This document shows positions 1 to 14,006 of a DNA stretch of 64,000 bases, piece after piece. The first letter of the stretch is position 1. Each line of letters starts with the position of its first letter. Source of the DNA: Octopus vulgaris (Eukaryota); NCBI GenBank assembly GCA_951406725.2, contig OX597822.1, positions 85,312,001 through 85,376,000 on the forward strand, in the 5' to 3' direction. A program made the position numbers and the translations under genes. The notes below the pieces were generated by a model. That model was not told where the DNA came from. It saw only the letters and a list, made by a program, of their open reading frames with translations, and made no database searches.

Positions 1-68
1 AGTGATCGTGAGTGCAACACTCAACCACTTGGTAACGTGCCTTCACACACACACACACACGCACGCAC

Positions 69-205
69 ACAGTACTGGTTTCAGTCATTGAGACTTTTTC
101 AACTGTAAGTCTGGAAAGCATAAACTTTTCTTTTAATTTTCCTAAAATTTAATTGTTTTCGAAACTTACGGTTGAAAAAGTCTCAATGACTGAAACCGGT
201 ATTGA
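69..205. mobile_element. Short fold-back Penelope-type terminus with U3-A8 hammerhead variant in each arm
   Basis: 38-bp inverted repeat 73-110/164-201. Minus arm reads ACAG-UUGAAAA-AGUC ucaau GACU-GAAA-C CA G-UA^CUGU. Confidence 0.6.
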
Positions 206-280
206 AATGTTTTTTATAAAATTATTTTAGCATTTTCTACCTTGACTTTTTTTTTCCATATACATACATACATACATACA

Positions 281-379
<99 letters not shown>

Positions 380-390
380 GTGTGTGTGTG

Positions 391-467
<77 letters not shown>

Positions 468-1886
468 CGTCCACGCACTTATGTCCAGTGAAATGAAGAG
501 ATTGTCGGTGATGAAACCAGTGAATGTTGTGTTGTTGCACGTGTTTAAGAAGTGCGCGGGTTATTATTGGTACATGTTACAGTGAGCAGCAGTGGTGGTG
601 ATGCTAGTAGTAGTAGTAGTAGTTGGAGGAGGAGGACGAGGAGGAGGAGGAAACGATCGCAGGTAGATATTTACACTTGTCACGAATGCTTTGCTCTGCT
701 TTGATCCCCCGGGGTGGGGTTTATAGTCACTGCACGTGCGACGCTGAGCAGAAGAAGAAGAAGAAGAAGAAGAAGAAGAAGAAGAAGAAGGAGGAGGAGG
801 AGGAGGAGGAGGAGGAGGAGGAGAAGAAGAAGAAGAAGAAGAAGAAGAAGAAGGCTAGTAGTTGTGATGGTGGCAGTGTTTCGGTGGTGGGGGTGGTGGT
901 GTGGGGCGTGAAGAGAGGCAAGGTGCAGTGCAATTACAGAGCCATTATAAATTACTTGAGTGAGTAACAATAGAGGGCGTTTGAACTGGAGTCCCGCGAT
1001 GGGGGGTAGAATAGAGAGAGAGAAGGAGCGGAACGAGGAAGAAGGAGAAGAAGAAGAAGAGGAAGAGGACGAAGGTGGAAGGAGGAGGTGGTGGAGCTTG
1101 AAACCAAGCTGGAGGTGGCGGGGAAGTAGGAGATGTGTTGCGTTGAGCCTCTGGAAGCATTGCAAGGCAGCCTGCTGGGTGGGTGGCCGAAGTTGGGTAA
1201 ACATGGAGGAGATGGGGATGCGGAGAATGAGGAAGAGGAAGAGAAGGGAGAAGATGAAGGAGAGAGAAAGAGAGATGGGTCAGACGTGAAAAGGCAGTGT
1301 CAAAAGGTGTTAGTGGCGATGGTGAAAAGAAGGGGATAACCGCGAAGGTATTGATGGTGGTGGAGTCGATGGGGGAAAGCAGTAGTAGTGGTTGTTGTGG
1401 TGGTGGTGGTGGTGGTGGTGGTGGTGGTGGTGGTGTCCGAGGTGGTGATTGTAGAAGAGTTAGAAGAGGTGAAATGAGGAGTAGTGACAGTAACATGAAG
1501 GAGAATAAGAATAGTGATAAGAGGGGTGGAGGGGGTATTTGTTATTTTCCTACTCTTGTTATTGTCGAGTTGAAGGTCAGCAATAATCAACGGTGTTCCA
1601 GCCACGACCACCCATATTGAAAAAACACGGCATTATCTAGTGGGTCCTTATTTATTAAACAGTAGCATGTGATTGAAGGTTTGGGCTGTTATTTCTTGCA
1701 GGTTCGGTGACCGTGTAGAGGCATGGTCTTTTATTTGCATATAATTTTGTTGCTATTGTTATTGTTGTTGTTGTTATTGGTGGTGGTGGTGGTGGTGGTG
1801 TGCTTAGAAATATGAACAGTGGTCATGCATGAGGTGAGATTTCGCGGGAGGTGTGCTGACACTACAGGGAAATAATGCGCGCGCGC

Positions 1887-1929
<43 letters not shown>

Positions 1930-3452
1930 GGAAGAATTTCATGGTTGACCACCTCTCCTTTCCCTATTTCATTTCACATCTTCTGTCTCCAATTACAACC
2001 ACACTACATGTTATTAATGTCATTCTGTATGTTATTAATCCCGCAGTACATGTCTAAAATGATACACCACATGTAATTTGTACCATGCTACATGTTATTA
2101 ATGAACACAACATATTAATGCCCCGCTACATGTTATTAATCCCACTCTACATGCAATTCATTACCCGGCTGCATGGTATTAGTACTATGATATATCTTAT
2201 CAATGCCACACTATATGTTAATACAACACCGTATATGTTTGGTGCTATGCTACATGTTTCCAATGCAATGCTACGTGTCATCAGCCTTTTCGACTATTCT
2301 CGTTACAATCATACACTGACATCCATCAGAACCATCGCCGCCATCCCTGCCAGCATCACCAACCTCAACCCCAGCGCCACTCACACCATACCATACCATC
2401 CAACCTGATGGTTTGTGATGGTGATCGAAGGGTGGTGGATAACAATCAACATTTTTACATCACTACCAGCACCACCACCACTACATCCCCATGATCGCTA
2501 CCACCACCACCACCACCACCACCACAACCACCACCACCATCATACCTACTCGCATCATCGTCACCATTGATGCATCTCCTATCACCCAACGTCGTGAAGG
2601 TGTGTGGCCTAGTGGTTTTGGGTGATCTACTCCAATCCCTGGCCTCATTCCACATACTCTGGTCCACAAAAGTGATTATGAACCAAAGATCAACACCATA
2701 ACTTTTACTACAATCTTAATCTTACGCCACTCTCTGTATTGTAGTACGAGTTTATGGAAACATGGGTAACGCACCGGCTTGGCCTATTATCATCGATTTT
2801 TTTCTTATAATTATTTCGCATATAGTTCCATATTTTCCTCCTTGACCAACAGAGTCTATTCATCCGCTAGGGATGCTTGAAATTGCACTTTCAGAGACTG
2901 AATAGAATCTTTAGAAACTTTCAGGATGTAGAGACAGGTTATTCTGCTTTTGTTTTGCCTCGTTATTCAGTGAAGGACTGAGATATTGTTGTAACTACCT
3001 TTGTTACACAGCTCTGCCAATGTGACTCTTTTTTCCCCGTCAATTTGAGCTAACGAAGGAAAATTTTGATCCCCAATTTGAACTTACTGTCCATTCCTTC
3101 GCTTACGTGTCTGTGTTGAGCAAAGAAAGTGTCCCGTGGGTGCATTATTATCATTGTTTAAGGAGGGTTGTTGTTGTTGATGTTGCTGTAGTTGTTGCTG
3201 CTGCTACTGTTGTTGTTGCTGCTGTTATTGTTGTTGCTGTAGTTGTGGTTGTTGCTGCTGTTGTTGTTGTTATTTGTCTTATCGTTACGAATGTCTACTT
3301 CAATGTTAGTATTTCAAAAGAATCAATAATTTTTCCTTGCAAAATGTTTACATTAGGTTGAGAGTAAATCGATTTTTCTATCTTGTTTGCATTCTGTATT
3401 GTTGTATTCGATTTCATATTTCGGTGGGCGTCGCATTTCTGCTTGAAATGTC

Positions 3453-3573
3453 TGAAAATGACCATCAGGTTTTTCTCTCTTTCTATGGGAGAAATATCTA
3501 GAAACGTTCATATTCTGGAACGTTTCTAGATATTTCTCCCACAGAAAGAGAGAAAACCTGATGGTCATTTTCA
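3453..3573. repeat. Near-perfect fold-back palindrome (~57-bp arms, ~8-nt loop)
   Basis: tgaaaatgaccatcagg...gaaacgttc / gaacgtttc...cctgatggtcattttca. Confidence 0.85.
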
Positions 3574-3944
3574 AAGGGAAATAATTAGAAACTGTTTCTT
3601 TTCCCTTCGGATATGTTCAGATAAATAAAGAAAAGCATTCTACACCGCGGCACTCACTTTATTTATCCCGAAAGGATGAAAGGCAAAGTCGATCCCAGAG
3701 GAAATTGAACTGACAATGCAAAGACGGACGAAATGCCACTAAGCCGTACGTGTCAGGAAGACATTTGACAAGAAATGGAAACTTATTCGAAGGAAGAAGA
3801 AAAAAATTCATAATTATCAAAATGGTGGTTTCTGCCGTCGAATACTACGTATGAGCGTCCACCATTTTGCCAAACGACTAGCACAAAGGATTTGTTTATT
3901 GTGATCAAACGTATGTGCTCTACATTAGCACATTCGATGATATC

Positions 3945-4149
3945 GGTTTTGAATTTTGGCACAAGGCCAGCAGTTTTGGGATGGGATGAAGGGATACGTC
4001 GATTACATCAACCCCAATGTTTAACTGGTACCTATCTTATCGATTCAGATTGGATGAAAGGCAAAGGCGACAGCGGTGGCATTTAAACACAGAACCTGAA
4101 GACGCTAAGCATTTTGCCCGACATGCAAACGATTCTGCCAGCTCGCCAC
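3945..4149 (-). mobile_element. SINE family B
   Basis: Reverse-complement match to the 59717 family. Confidence 0.75.
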
Positions 4150-4151
4150 AT

Positions 4152-4192
<41 letters not shown>

Positions 4193-4194
<2 letters not shown>

Positions 4195-4801
4195 AATGAA
4201 AGACAGAAGATGGAATATACGAGAGTTTATTATTAATCACAACAATTGTTTCGACACATCTAGCATCGATTCCTCTTGGGTGGGGCACTCAACAACTGGT
4301 TCAGGAGCATCCGGTGGTGCAGATGTATCTTGTCGAGTGATAAATATATAAAAACAACTCGTTCAAATGACTGTTCCATAATGTAACTTTGATTTTGTTG
4401 ATGCTTGTATGAGCGTGTGTACACGTGCCATACAGCTTGCCCGAGGGCGTTTATACACCCATATCTGTTAAAGGTCCTTTTCAATACTTTTCTCGCTGGA
4501 TTACATGATCGTTTCTCTTTTTGTCTTCTGCAATTTTATTTTTGATCTTCTATATATATGAAGATTTCCCCTCAGTCTGGCTGTTTTTCTCTCTACAAAA
4601 CGGAAAGTTACATTGTGGAACGGTCATTTTAACGAGTTCTTTTTATTTATTTATTACCTGACGAGATACATCTGCACCACCGGATGCTTCTGAACCAGTT
4701 GTTGAGTGTTCCACCCAAGAGGAATCGATGCTAGATGTATCGAAACAATTGTGATGATTAACAATAAATTCTCATATATTCTATCTTCTGTCTTTCATTT
4801 G
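4193..4801. mobile_element. Fold-back Penelope-type element with degenerate HHRs in ~150-bp inverted arms
   Basis: 4193-4345 is the reverse complement of ~4648-4801. Plus arm has CUGACGA-GAUACAUCU...AGAUGUAUC-GAAAC AAUU GU (4658-4752). Confidence 0.65.
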
Positions 4802-4884
4802 TTATATACCTAACGATCACTCTAAAAGTGACCGTGCTTTACTAGTAAGCTACCAGGTGTAAACCATTTGTTTTATTATCCATC

Positions 4885-4958
<74 letters not shown>

Positions 4959-4986
4959 TATATACATACATACATACATACATACA

Positions 4987-5022
<36 letters not shown>

Positions 5023-6653
5023 TATACGTGTGTGTGTGTGTGTTCAAATTCCACTGTGGTTGACTTTGTGTTCCATCCTTTCAGGGTCGATAAAGTAAGC
5101 ACTAGTTGAGCCCTAGCATGGACTTAATCGACTCAACCCCGAAATTGCTGGCCTTGGCCAAAATTAGAAACCAATATTTCCATAACTTACAATCTTCTGA
5201 ATACAATGCAACAGAGATCCGACCTGTCACCTGCTGTCTTAAACATATTCCTACACGACCTTCCCAAAGGTTTTCAAGACATGCAACAGACCTATACACA
5301 ACAGCGCACTAATATCCTTTACACTTCTCCAACAGAGTTGCACATCCCTACGCAGATCCTCAGGAATTTATTTCAGGTCTGTTAAGTTGCAGAATTTCAA
5401 ATCCACAAGCTTTAAATACAACCGATTCCTTCCGATGGAACTTTTACTTAAAACAGAACAAAGTGAAGTTACACGCATACATCCTTAGAGCATTCCTATG
5501 TGCCACATTTGGCTAACATCAAGAAGCAGCACTTACTATTGACAAGATATTTGATCTGTCATGGACTTGTTTCGAGGCCAGCATATCTAGAACAATATCT
5601 CTCTTTAAGTTGAGGAAGATCAGGCTGCTATTTCTTGTAGGCCGAGCAGAAAAACACCAAGGTTGTTTGTGTCGCATTAGAGATTCTAATGCCGTTACAG
5701 CAATACTTTGCTATTTCACAGAAGACACAGGGTTGCATGGAAATCCTCTACCATTCCCATTTACCTCACATGGACCAACACCAAGAAACAACACAGTCGT
5801 TAACAATATAAGAGATATGTCATGCCCTAATGCCACTCCTGTTTGTGTCCCAATTCTCTCCTTTACAAACTACACAAAACAGTACGATTCTACTCCTCAC
5901 AGTTTGTTACTGCAAGAATCCCCAACACTCGCAGTTCCCGTGAAAATCCCTTAAATATTCCTCCAAAATAGGCACAAAACCCCAGTACATCACTACAACA
6001 TCCGAAAACATATTTGTATAAAAAAAAAAGATCACATACATATAGAAACCGCAGGAATATTGATTACCGAACTGATCTTGCTCTGGGAAGTACAATACCA
6101 GCTATACATTCAGGGAACCACAGCTTTTGTGTTCTGGCTGAGTGCACCTCGTCTGCCTCGACTCTGACAGTCACCAGAAATTACAGACATAATGAAATAG
6201 ATTGGACAATGAAGAAATAGAATGGGCGTATCCATAGAGTTATACAGTACGCTAGACGGGTCAGCGTGGTAAAGTCTGCAGTGGGGTCTTGAGACAGAGG
6301 CAGAGTTCACCTGGATAGATTGACATGTGTCTTGCATCACCTTATTCTGCCAATTATCTTCGTCTAATAGGGTTTCTCGATCAAGGCTGACCTGGAGCTC
6401 TGCAACGACAACAACAACAACAACAATGTGTGTCAACGAAAGAACTTCTACGTAGTCACTTAACTGTCTAGAAATAGCAGCCAAGTTTCCTTCTTCGCGC
6501 TCCTTCATTAAGTTCTGGTTGCTCCAAGAATGTCAATACTCAAAGCTCTAAAAGGGGATCAAACATATATGATGTGAAAGGGGAAAGAGAGAAATAAAGG
6601 TAGAGAGAGAGAGAGAGAAAGAGAGAGAGACAGATAGACAGACAAACAGAGAC

Positions 6654-6688
<35 letters not shown>

Positions 6689-7203
6689 GACGTACTCGCT
6701 GACACAACACACATTAGTATACTACACAAAAGCACATTGAAACTAACACATAAATACAGAGCGACTTATACACATACATTCACATACACACATACATACA
6801 TACATACATAAAAGCATACATAGATGCATACATACATACGTATATACATACATATGCACACATATTGCTATATAGACGCCAGCAATAGACACACAGGCAC
6901 GCAAACAGTAACATGCTTTAAGATTCATTTACATACAAGCAAACAAACAAACACACATAATACACACATATACTCCACCATACAAACAGCCAGAAACACA
7001 CAAATACACACACAACAGGCGCGCGCGCATGTAAGCCCACCCCTCCACTGACACGTAATTATCTCCTAAGAGTCCCCCACACTGAGAAACCCGAGAAAGT
7101 GAGAGTTCTTTAAATTGTCACTCTTTGCTAATCTGAAGAACCGATTCCATATTTTAATTAACACGGCCAACCACATTATTAGCCTCCATTTTACAATTGC
7201 GCA

Positions 7204-7304
<101 letters not shown>

Positions 7305-7473
7305 CCACGCACCCCTCTCTCTCTCCTCTCCTTCTTTCTCTCCTCGTAGTTGAGAATGCACAGTAGCACATATACATATACGCACATGCACAATTTCTCA
7401 CACATACATCTATAAGCATATACGCATACATACAACGCTCTCCTTTCCACAAAACGCACACTTTTCACACAGA

Positions 7474-7540
<67 letters not shown>

Positions 7541-7705
7541 CATATAGACAGATATATAGATAGATAAATATACATATATACACACATATTCCATGCATGC
7601 ACATACATACGTGCGTATGCATATCTGTATCTGTGTCTGTACGTATGTATATATGAGCATGCATGTTTATACATAAATACATGCACACACATACATATAT
7701 ACACG

Positions 7706-7796
<91 letters not shown>

Positions 7797-8163
7797 TCCG
7801 AATTCACACATTCACACAAACACATTTACATTCTAATTGATGCACGTCGTTGCCTCACCTGCACAACACACACTCTGTTCCCTCTCTCCCTCTCTCATAC
7901 ATACAAACACACATACATTTACTCAGACAGTGGGTGGTGGGGAGTCCATAGGTCCACTGCCCCATTGTACTAGGTTGAACAACCACCAGAGTGCTGTGGG
8001 AAAATGCACGTGGGCTGCCGTGTTGTGCCTGGCAGGGCTGAACGCATCGCCGTGGCTGGCAGGTCAAATATTGACTCTCGCCGACTCCGTCTCCCTTGCC
8101 CTGTGTCTCTATATCGCACCCACATTTACACTTAACCACTCGCATACATGTGCTCACACAAAG

Positions 8164-8205
<42 letters not shown>

Positions 8206-8285
8206 GTATAATACACATAATACACGTATTTAATACATAAATACATTTATATATTACTATATCTAAATATAAACTTCTGTATATA

Positions 8286-8335
<50 letters not shown>

Positions 8336-8372
8336 TGTGTATGTGCGTGTGTATTTGTATATACATACATAA

Positions 8373-8425
<53 letters not shown>

Positions 8426-8867
8426 GTATGTATGTATATATGTGTGTGTAAGTGTGTCTGTATATACGTGCACAAATTTCAATGACACAGGCACGCACGC
8501 ACGCGCACGGATACTTACATGCGATCATGCATTTAATGTGTTTTCTCATTAATTCCTCGAAAAGGAGTCCCACAAACACACCTTGTATACACTTGTTTTC
8601 GTGTTTAAATAATAATAATAATAATAATAATTGTGTACAGTGCTCAGGTGCACTACAACTCATCTAAAGTGTATATATAATCAGGTGTAGTTTCGGCATA
8701 TATGTATATGATATATATACATACGTACATGTATATGCATATTTAATGTATCCACAGACACACACACACACACACACATATATATACATATATATGCATG
8801 TATATATATATATATATGTATATATATATGTGTGTGTGTATGTGTGTGTGTGTGTGTGTGTATCGTA

Positions 8868-9091
8868 TACTCTCTTTTACTCTCTTTTACTTGTTTCAGT
8901 CATTTGACTGCGGCCATGCTGGAGCACCGCCTTTAATCGAGCAACTCGACCCCGGGACTATTCTTTTGTAAGACCAGTACTTATTCTATCGGTCTCTTTT
9001 GCCGAACCGCTAAGTAACGAGGACATAAACACATCAGCATCGGTTGTCAAGCAATGCTAGGGGGACAAACACAGACACACAAACACACACA

Positions 9092-9137
<46 letters not shown>

Positions 9138-9302
9138 TACGACGGGCTTCTTTCAGTTTCCGTCTACCAAATCCACTCATAAGGCTTAGGTCGGCCCGAG
9201 GCTATAGTAGAAGACACTTGCCCAAGGTGCCGCGCAGTGGGACTGAACCCGGAACCATGTGGTTGTTAAACAAGCTACTTACCACACAGCCACTCCTGCG
9301 CC
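8868..9302 (-). mobile_element. tRNA-derived SINE family A (internal microsatellite, (AAAAGAGT)n tail)
   Basis: Head GGCGCAGGAGTGGCTGTGTGGTAAG...GGTTCAGTCCC (A/B boxes), CCTTGGGCAAG core. Multiple copies in the window. Confidence 0.85.
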
Positions 9303-9304
9303 AC

Positions 9305-9420
<116 letters not shown>

Positions 9421-9738
9421 CATTTGATATTCAATGCATATAGTCATACATACATTAAATGCATAATTACCTGAATGCATTTACAAAATATATCCAATGC
9501 TCAAACACAATTACATTATGTTAAAATTATACACTTAAATCTTGCGCATTTACTTACCTCATCGCCCCGCCCACACACATTTGTACTGACAAAGATATAC
9601 CTACATATATAGTCATGATCTTACAGACATACAGAGACATACACATGCATGGATACACCCATACTTACAAACTTACATACACGTATATATTTATTCATAC
9701 ATCCATATATATATATATATATATACAGATATACATAA

Positions 9739-9821
<83 letters not shown>

Positions 9822-10175
9822 TATATGTATATATGTGTCTGTATATATATATATATATATATATACATATATACGTATATAATAGCTCGTGCACGGTATA
9901 TACATTTGCAAACACGTATATATGCTTCATGCTTTTGTAAGCTCATAGATTTTGTTTTGATATTATCGCATTAATTGACCCCTCCGCCCCTCTCAACCCC
10001 CTCGATACGCCTTCTTTATTCCTTTTGACATTAACACTTGGACACACACAAACTCGCACGCACACTCACAGACACACACACACAAATGCATGCACTCATT
10101 AACGCCCATTTCCATTCATAAACTTACATTTGCGCAGATACATTTACACCTTTGTGCCTATATGAGTGTGTGTGG

Positions 10176-10223
<48 letters not shown>

Positions 10224-11340
10224 TTATATATACATATACACACATACACGTATATATATATGTATATTGAATATATATGTATGTACATGTATGCATACAC
10301 ATGTGTGTTTGAGTATGTGTGTGTGTGTGCGTGTATGTGTGTGTTGTGTGTAGATATATTTCCCCACTTGCATATATTTTCAAAGGCAAACAAACATTTG
10401 CTTACTTCGTGTCCCAATTTTTTCCTATCTCATTCCTTGCACCGATAAAAACGTTGCAGAAGCGAAGAAAAACAACCTTTTTCTTCCGTCTTTTTCTTGT
10501 TTTGCAGTTCAAACATTGTTTTAAGCTTCATTGACAACACTTGGCTGTCTTCCATATTGGATGTTTCTCATCCATTCTCTTTCTCTCTCCCTCTTTTTCT
10601 CTCTTTCGTTATCTATCTATATAACGTCTATGTTTTTTTAATAGGGAGCATGGAGTTATTGTATGCTCAGAACTCGATGAAATAAACCGATGCCTTTTAA
10701 ACTAATTCTGCCGCAACATTTAGTTAATATTTGCCAAACAAGAACGGAACCTTCGATTCGCTTTCTGTTTTGCGATTGAATCTTGTCTTCTTTTTTTTTT
10801 TTTTTACGATTCCTGTCCTTCGTAAAAGGCTAAACGTGAGTCTATTAAGGAAACTTGCATGAATAACTCTTAAATAGTGAGTGCTTTTAATTTTATTGAT
10901 ATATTATTGACTGTTCCAGCCATCAATTTTCTTTTTAGCCAAATGTATCTAGGCATGAGAAGTAAGGCAGTAATCATTTTCATCTGAATGGATGGAGTTA
11001 TGTTAAATGAAAGGCCTTGCTCAAGAATGCAACACATTGCCCGCTCCAATAATGGAACCATGACGACCCTTAGATGGGGAAATCAACACCCTGACTACTA
11101 AGTCAAGTCAAACCACAACGATGAAAAGTAACATATACTACCAGAAAGTGTTCAGCTTCACTGAGGTTCGAAAGCAACGGGACAAATTATTGAACTTCAG
11201 GTAACTAAATTCATCGTTTGACGCCTTAATGATGTAACTGAAGCTTCTTTATGTTAAAAAAGGGATCAACAAACACATCCTCTATTCTTGACCCAACCCG
11301 CGACTTAATATAACTATGGATTCCTTTTCTGCACCAAACA

Positions 11341-11662
11341 GGCACACCGTTGGTTATGACGACGAGGGTTCCAGTTGATCTGATCAACAGAACAGCCTGC
11401 TCGTAAATTTAACGCGCAAGTGGCTGAGTACTCCACAGACAGGTGTACCCTTATCATAGTACTCAGCAAGATTCAGCATGACACAGAATGTGACAAGGCC
11501 GGCCTTTTGAATTCCAGGCACAACTCGTTTTTGCCAGCTGAGTGGACTGGAGCAACGTGAAATAAAGTGTCTTGCTGAAAGACACAATGCATCGCTGGGA
11601 ATCGAACTCATGACTTTACGATTCATGATCCGTACACCCTAGCCACTAAGCCACGCACCTGC
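11341..11662 (-). mobile_element. tRNA-derived SINE family C (CORE-like)
   Basis: Head GTGGCTTAGTGGCTAGGGTG...GAGTTCGATTCC, then GCAAGACACTTTATTTCACGTTGCTCCAGTCCACTCAGCTGG. Second copy at 29077-29398, partial copy at 19470-19656. Confidence 0.85.
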
Positions 11663-12088
11663 ACTCTCTACGCCAACAACATGTCTCACAGTAGCTCCAT
11701 TGTAATCTGTACTCAGGTGGATGTTAATGTTACTTAATGTTATAAACCCCCTCACCTTTAAATATTTAGCTAAAATATTATACTCGCAATGAGGACAAAA
11801 ATTGATTAGCTTTAATCATTAATTCTGTTCAAGAAGGGGAAAAGAGACAACTGTGAAATTGGACCTGTAAACTGTAAAGAGTAAGTCTAGTGGTGTCGTC
11901 AATACGGTGACATCTCTGGACACGTTTTGGACTTAATAAACCTCCTCAGTGAAAGTCTCACCTCTACTTGCCAGCTCTTAAGGAGACTATGTCTCGTTAC
12001 TTCCTTTCGTGTCTTGTTACTTTCCACAGCCACATTATAATATAGACTATGTTGGCCGTATTCTTTATGTAACAGCTGTAAGTCTATG

Positions 12089-12563
12089 GTCTCCAATGGG
12101 TTGATCCTTGTGCAGTTTTGTCTCCACCGACCACTGACAGACTTCACGGCAGTATGAAAAATAATCCGATATGGTTTCTGTGGATGTTGTTAACACGTTG
12201 TCATTATCAGAGTCACTGCCCGCTGATGAAATGCTTGTTTCATGTAGTTTACTTATAAGGCAACTTATGAATAAAACAATGAACTAATAGCAAATTATTT
12301 CAAAGAAACAAATGGCTATGTCCAAACCAAGTTCTTTTATGAAGTGATATTTGGCTCTCCGCCTTCTGCTTACAAGTTTTATTGTTGCACTGAAACCTGC
12401 GCTCTGCGTGAGATCTTCCGGCACGCTTCACTTTGTAGATTTTATTCAGCTTAGTTTTACAAGATGGGCAGCGCATTTGTTTGGCTATGAGTTCATGTTC
12501 CTAACAATAATTAACCGTTGACTCTTCGTCAGATATTTTGAGGGAAAGTCTATACAGGTTTAT
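12089..12563 (-). pseudogene. Merlin (ISXO2-like) transposase N-terminal relic
   Basis: Minus translation LIAKQMRCPSCKTKL...RFQCN / ISLHKRTWFGHSHL / TISDYFSYCREVC...QPIG matches the Merlin Zn-ribbon, S.RKGTWF..S.L and DW..FCREVC motifs. Contains stops and frameshifts. Confidence 0.75.
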
Positions 12564-13415
12564 GTCATGCTTTTCCCCTTGTCTCCACAATGTTGCGGAA
12601 GCAGTAGCCGTGGTGGGCTGCTCATAATCCAACATCTTGGAGCGAACTGAGAACGCACATGTTGGTGGCATGCATATTTAAACTTTATAAGAGAAGTAGT
12701 CTGCTGCCATCTACAATCTTTACTGTGCATATTATGTATTCTACCTTATTTCAATCATTAAACAAGCAATTTCTTGGGGTGCGGTACAAAAGGAGGACTT
12801 TCCAATAAAATTCTTGTATTTTGGTTAGACTCAGAGGTTTTGTTTGTTATTTTCAACTCTCCTGACGTCATTGACTGCTGCTTCTTCCACTCTAAGAAAG
12901 TTGGTTTGCTGAGCTCGCCTACGTGGTCTTCTGAGCTATCGATTTTTATTGCCAGCCACAAGGCCAAACATAGAGGAGACAGCACAAGGACAGACAGAAC
13001 GCCACAATTAGGGACAAAAACATAGAAAGGATGAAAAGTGAGAAAAAGGTTATATAAAAATGAAAAAATGAAATGGCTGCATGAGCTCCACTCTCTTGCT
13101 GTACAATTTGAACGTTTTTACTTGTTGTTTATAATCTTTTTTTCTTTTTCCCTTCTTTTTTCTCCATTAGCATCGTGTTTGTTCTCTCTTTTTTTAAAAC
13201 AGTTTTACTTCTTTCCATTAAAATATACTATGAATGGTTCCAGTTCTCTTATTTCCACTACCATCAGCAGCTTGTCAAACTCCACCGCAAATCCCGACAA
13301 ATCAACGTTACACAATTCCTTCAACTTGTTGTCTCTGTCTTTGTCAATTAAAATGGCTTTCTGAGCTATCGGACACAGACTGTTGTAGGTAGTTTCGAGA
13401 GGCCGCGTGCGACAT

Positions 13416-13493
<78 letters not shown>

Positions 13494-13654
13494 GTTGTAT
13501 AAAGTCAACATAACGTGACAGTCCTGTAGAGGGAATTACACCACCGCTATATAGCCCTAGGAAGCATCGACGCTTCCTGTCGGCTTTGACACATTTGGTG
13601 TGTCCTTATATTTGCAAAGGAGAGGCAAGCACCCCCACCAGCTAGAACGAGCAA

Positions 13655-13700
13655 CCTGGAGACATGCATGTTTCTGGGTCTTGTCCGTCGTCAGTCCAGG
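13655..13700 (-). ncRNA. Type I hammerhead ribozyme (element A, minus arm)
   Basis: Exact reverse complement of 13961-14006. Confidence 0.85.
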
Positions 13701-13960
13701 GTAGCGTGTCCTCACTAGCGGTGGTACTTACCAAGCCTTCGCAAATATATGTATTTACAGTGAAATTTATTCACTGGTCACCGTAATTAGAAATATTGAA
13801 TTTCTAAATGAGCGGTGGTGGAGCGATAGAGTGGTTGTACAAAGTCAACATAACGTGACAGTCAATATTTCTAATTACGGTGACCAGTGAATAAATTTCA
13901 CTGTAAATACATATATTTGCGAAGGCTTGGTAAGTATCACCGCTAGCGAGGACACGCTAC

Positions 13961-14006
13961 CCTGGACTGACGACGGACAAGACCCAGAAACATGCATGTC
14001 TCCAGG
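13961..14006 (+). ncRNA. Type I hammerhead ribozyme (element A, plus arm)
   Basis: CCUGGA-CUGACGA-C GG acaagac CC A-GAAA-C AUGCAU G-UC^UCCAGG: 6-bp stem I, intact core, palindromic stem III, predicted cleavage after C14000. Confidence 0.85.

Noticed and set aside
623-1620. Overlapping 100-180-aa ORFs on both strands
   Set aside because: Built from GAA/GAG/GGT tracts. No recognisable domain or convincing splice structure.
5170-6500. Unique-looking sequence with weak ORFs and an HFSNRV CR1-like remnant near 5320
   Set aside because: Too degenerate to assign. No supported gene.
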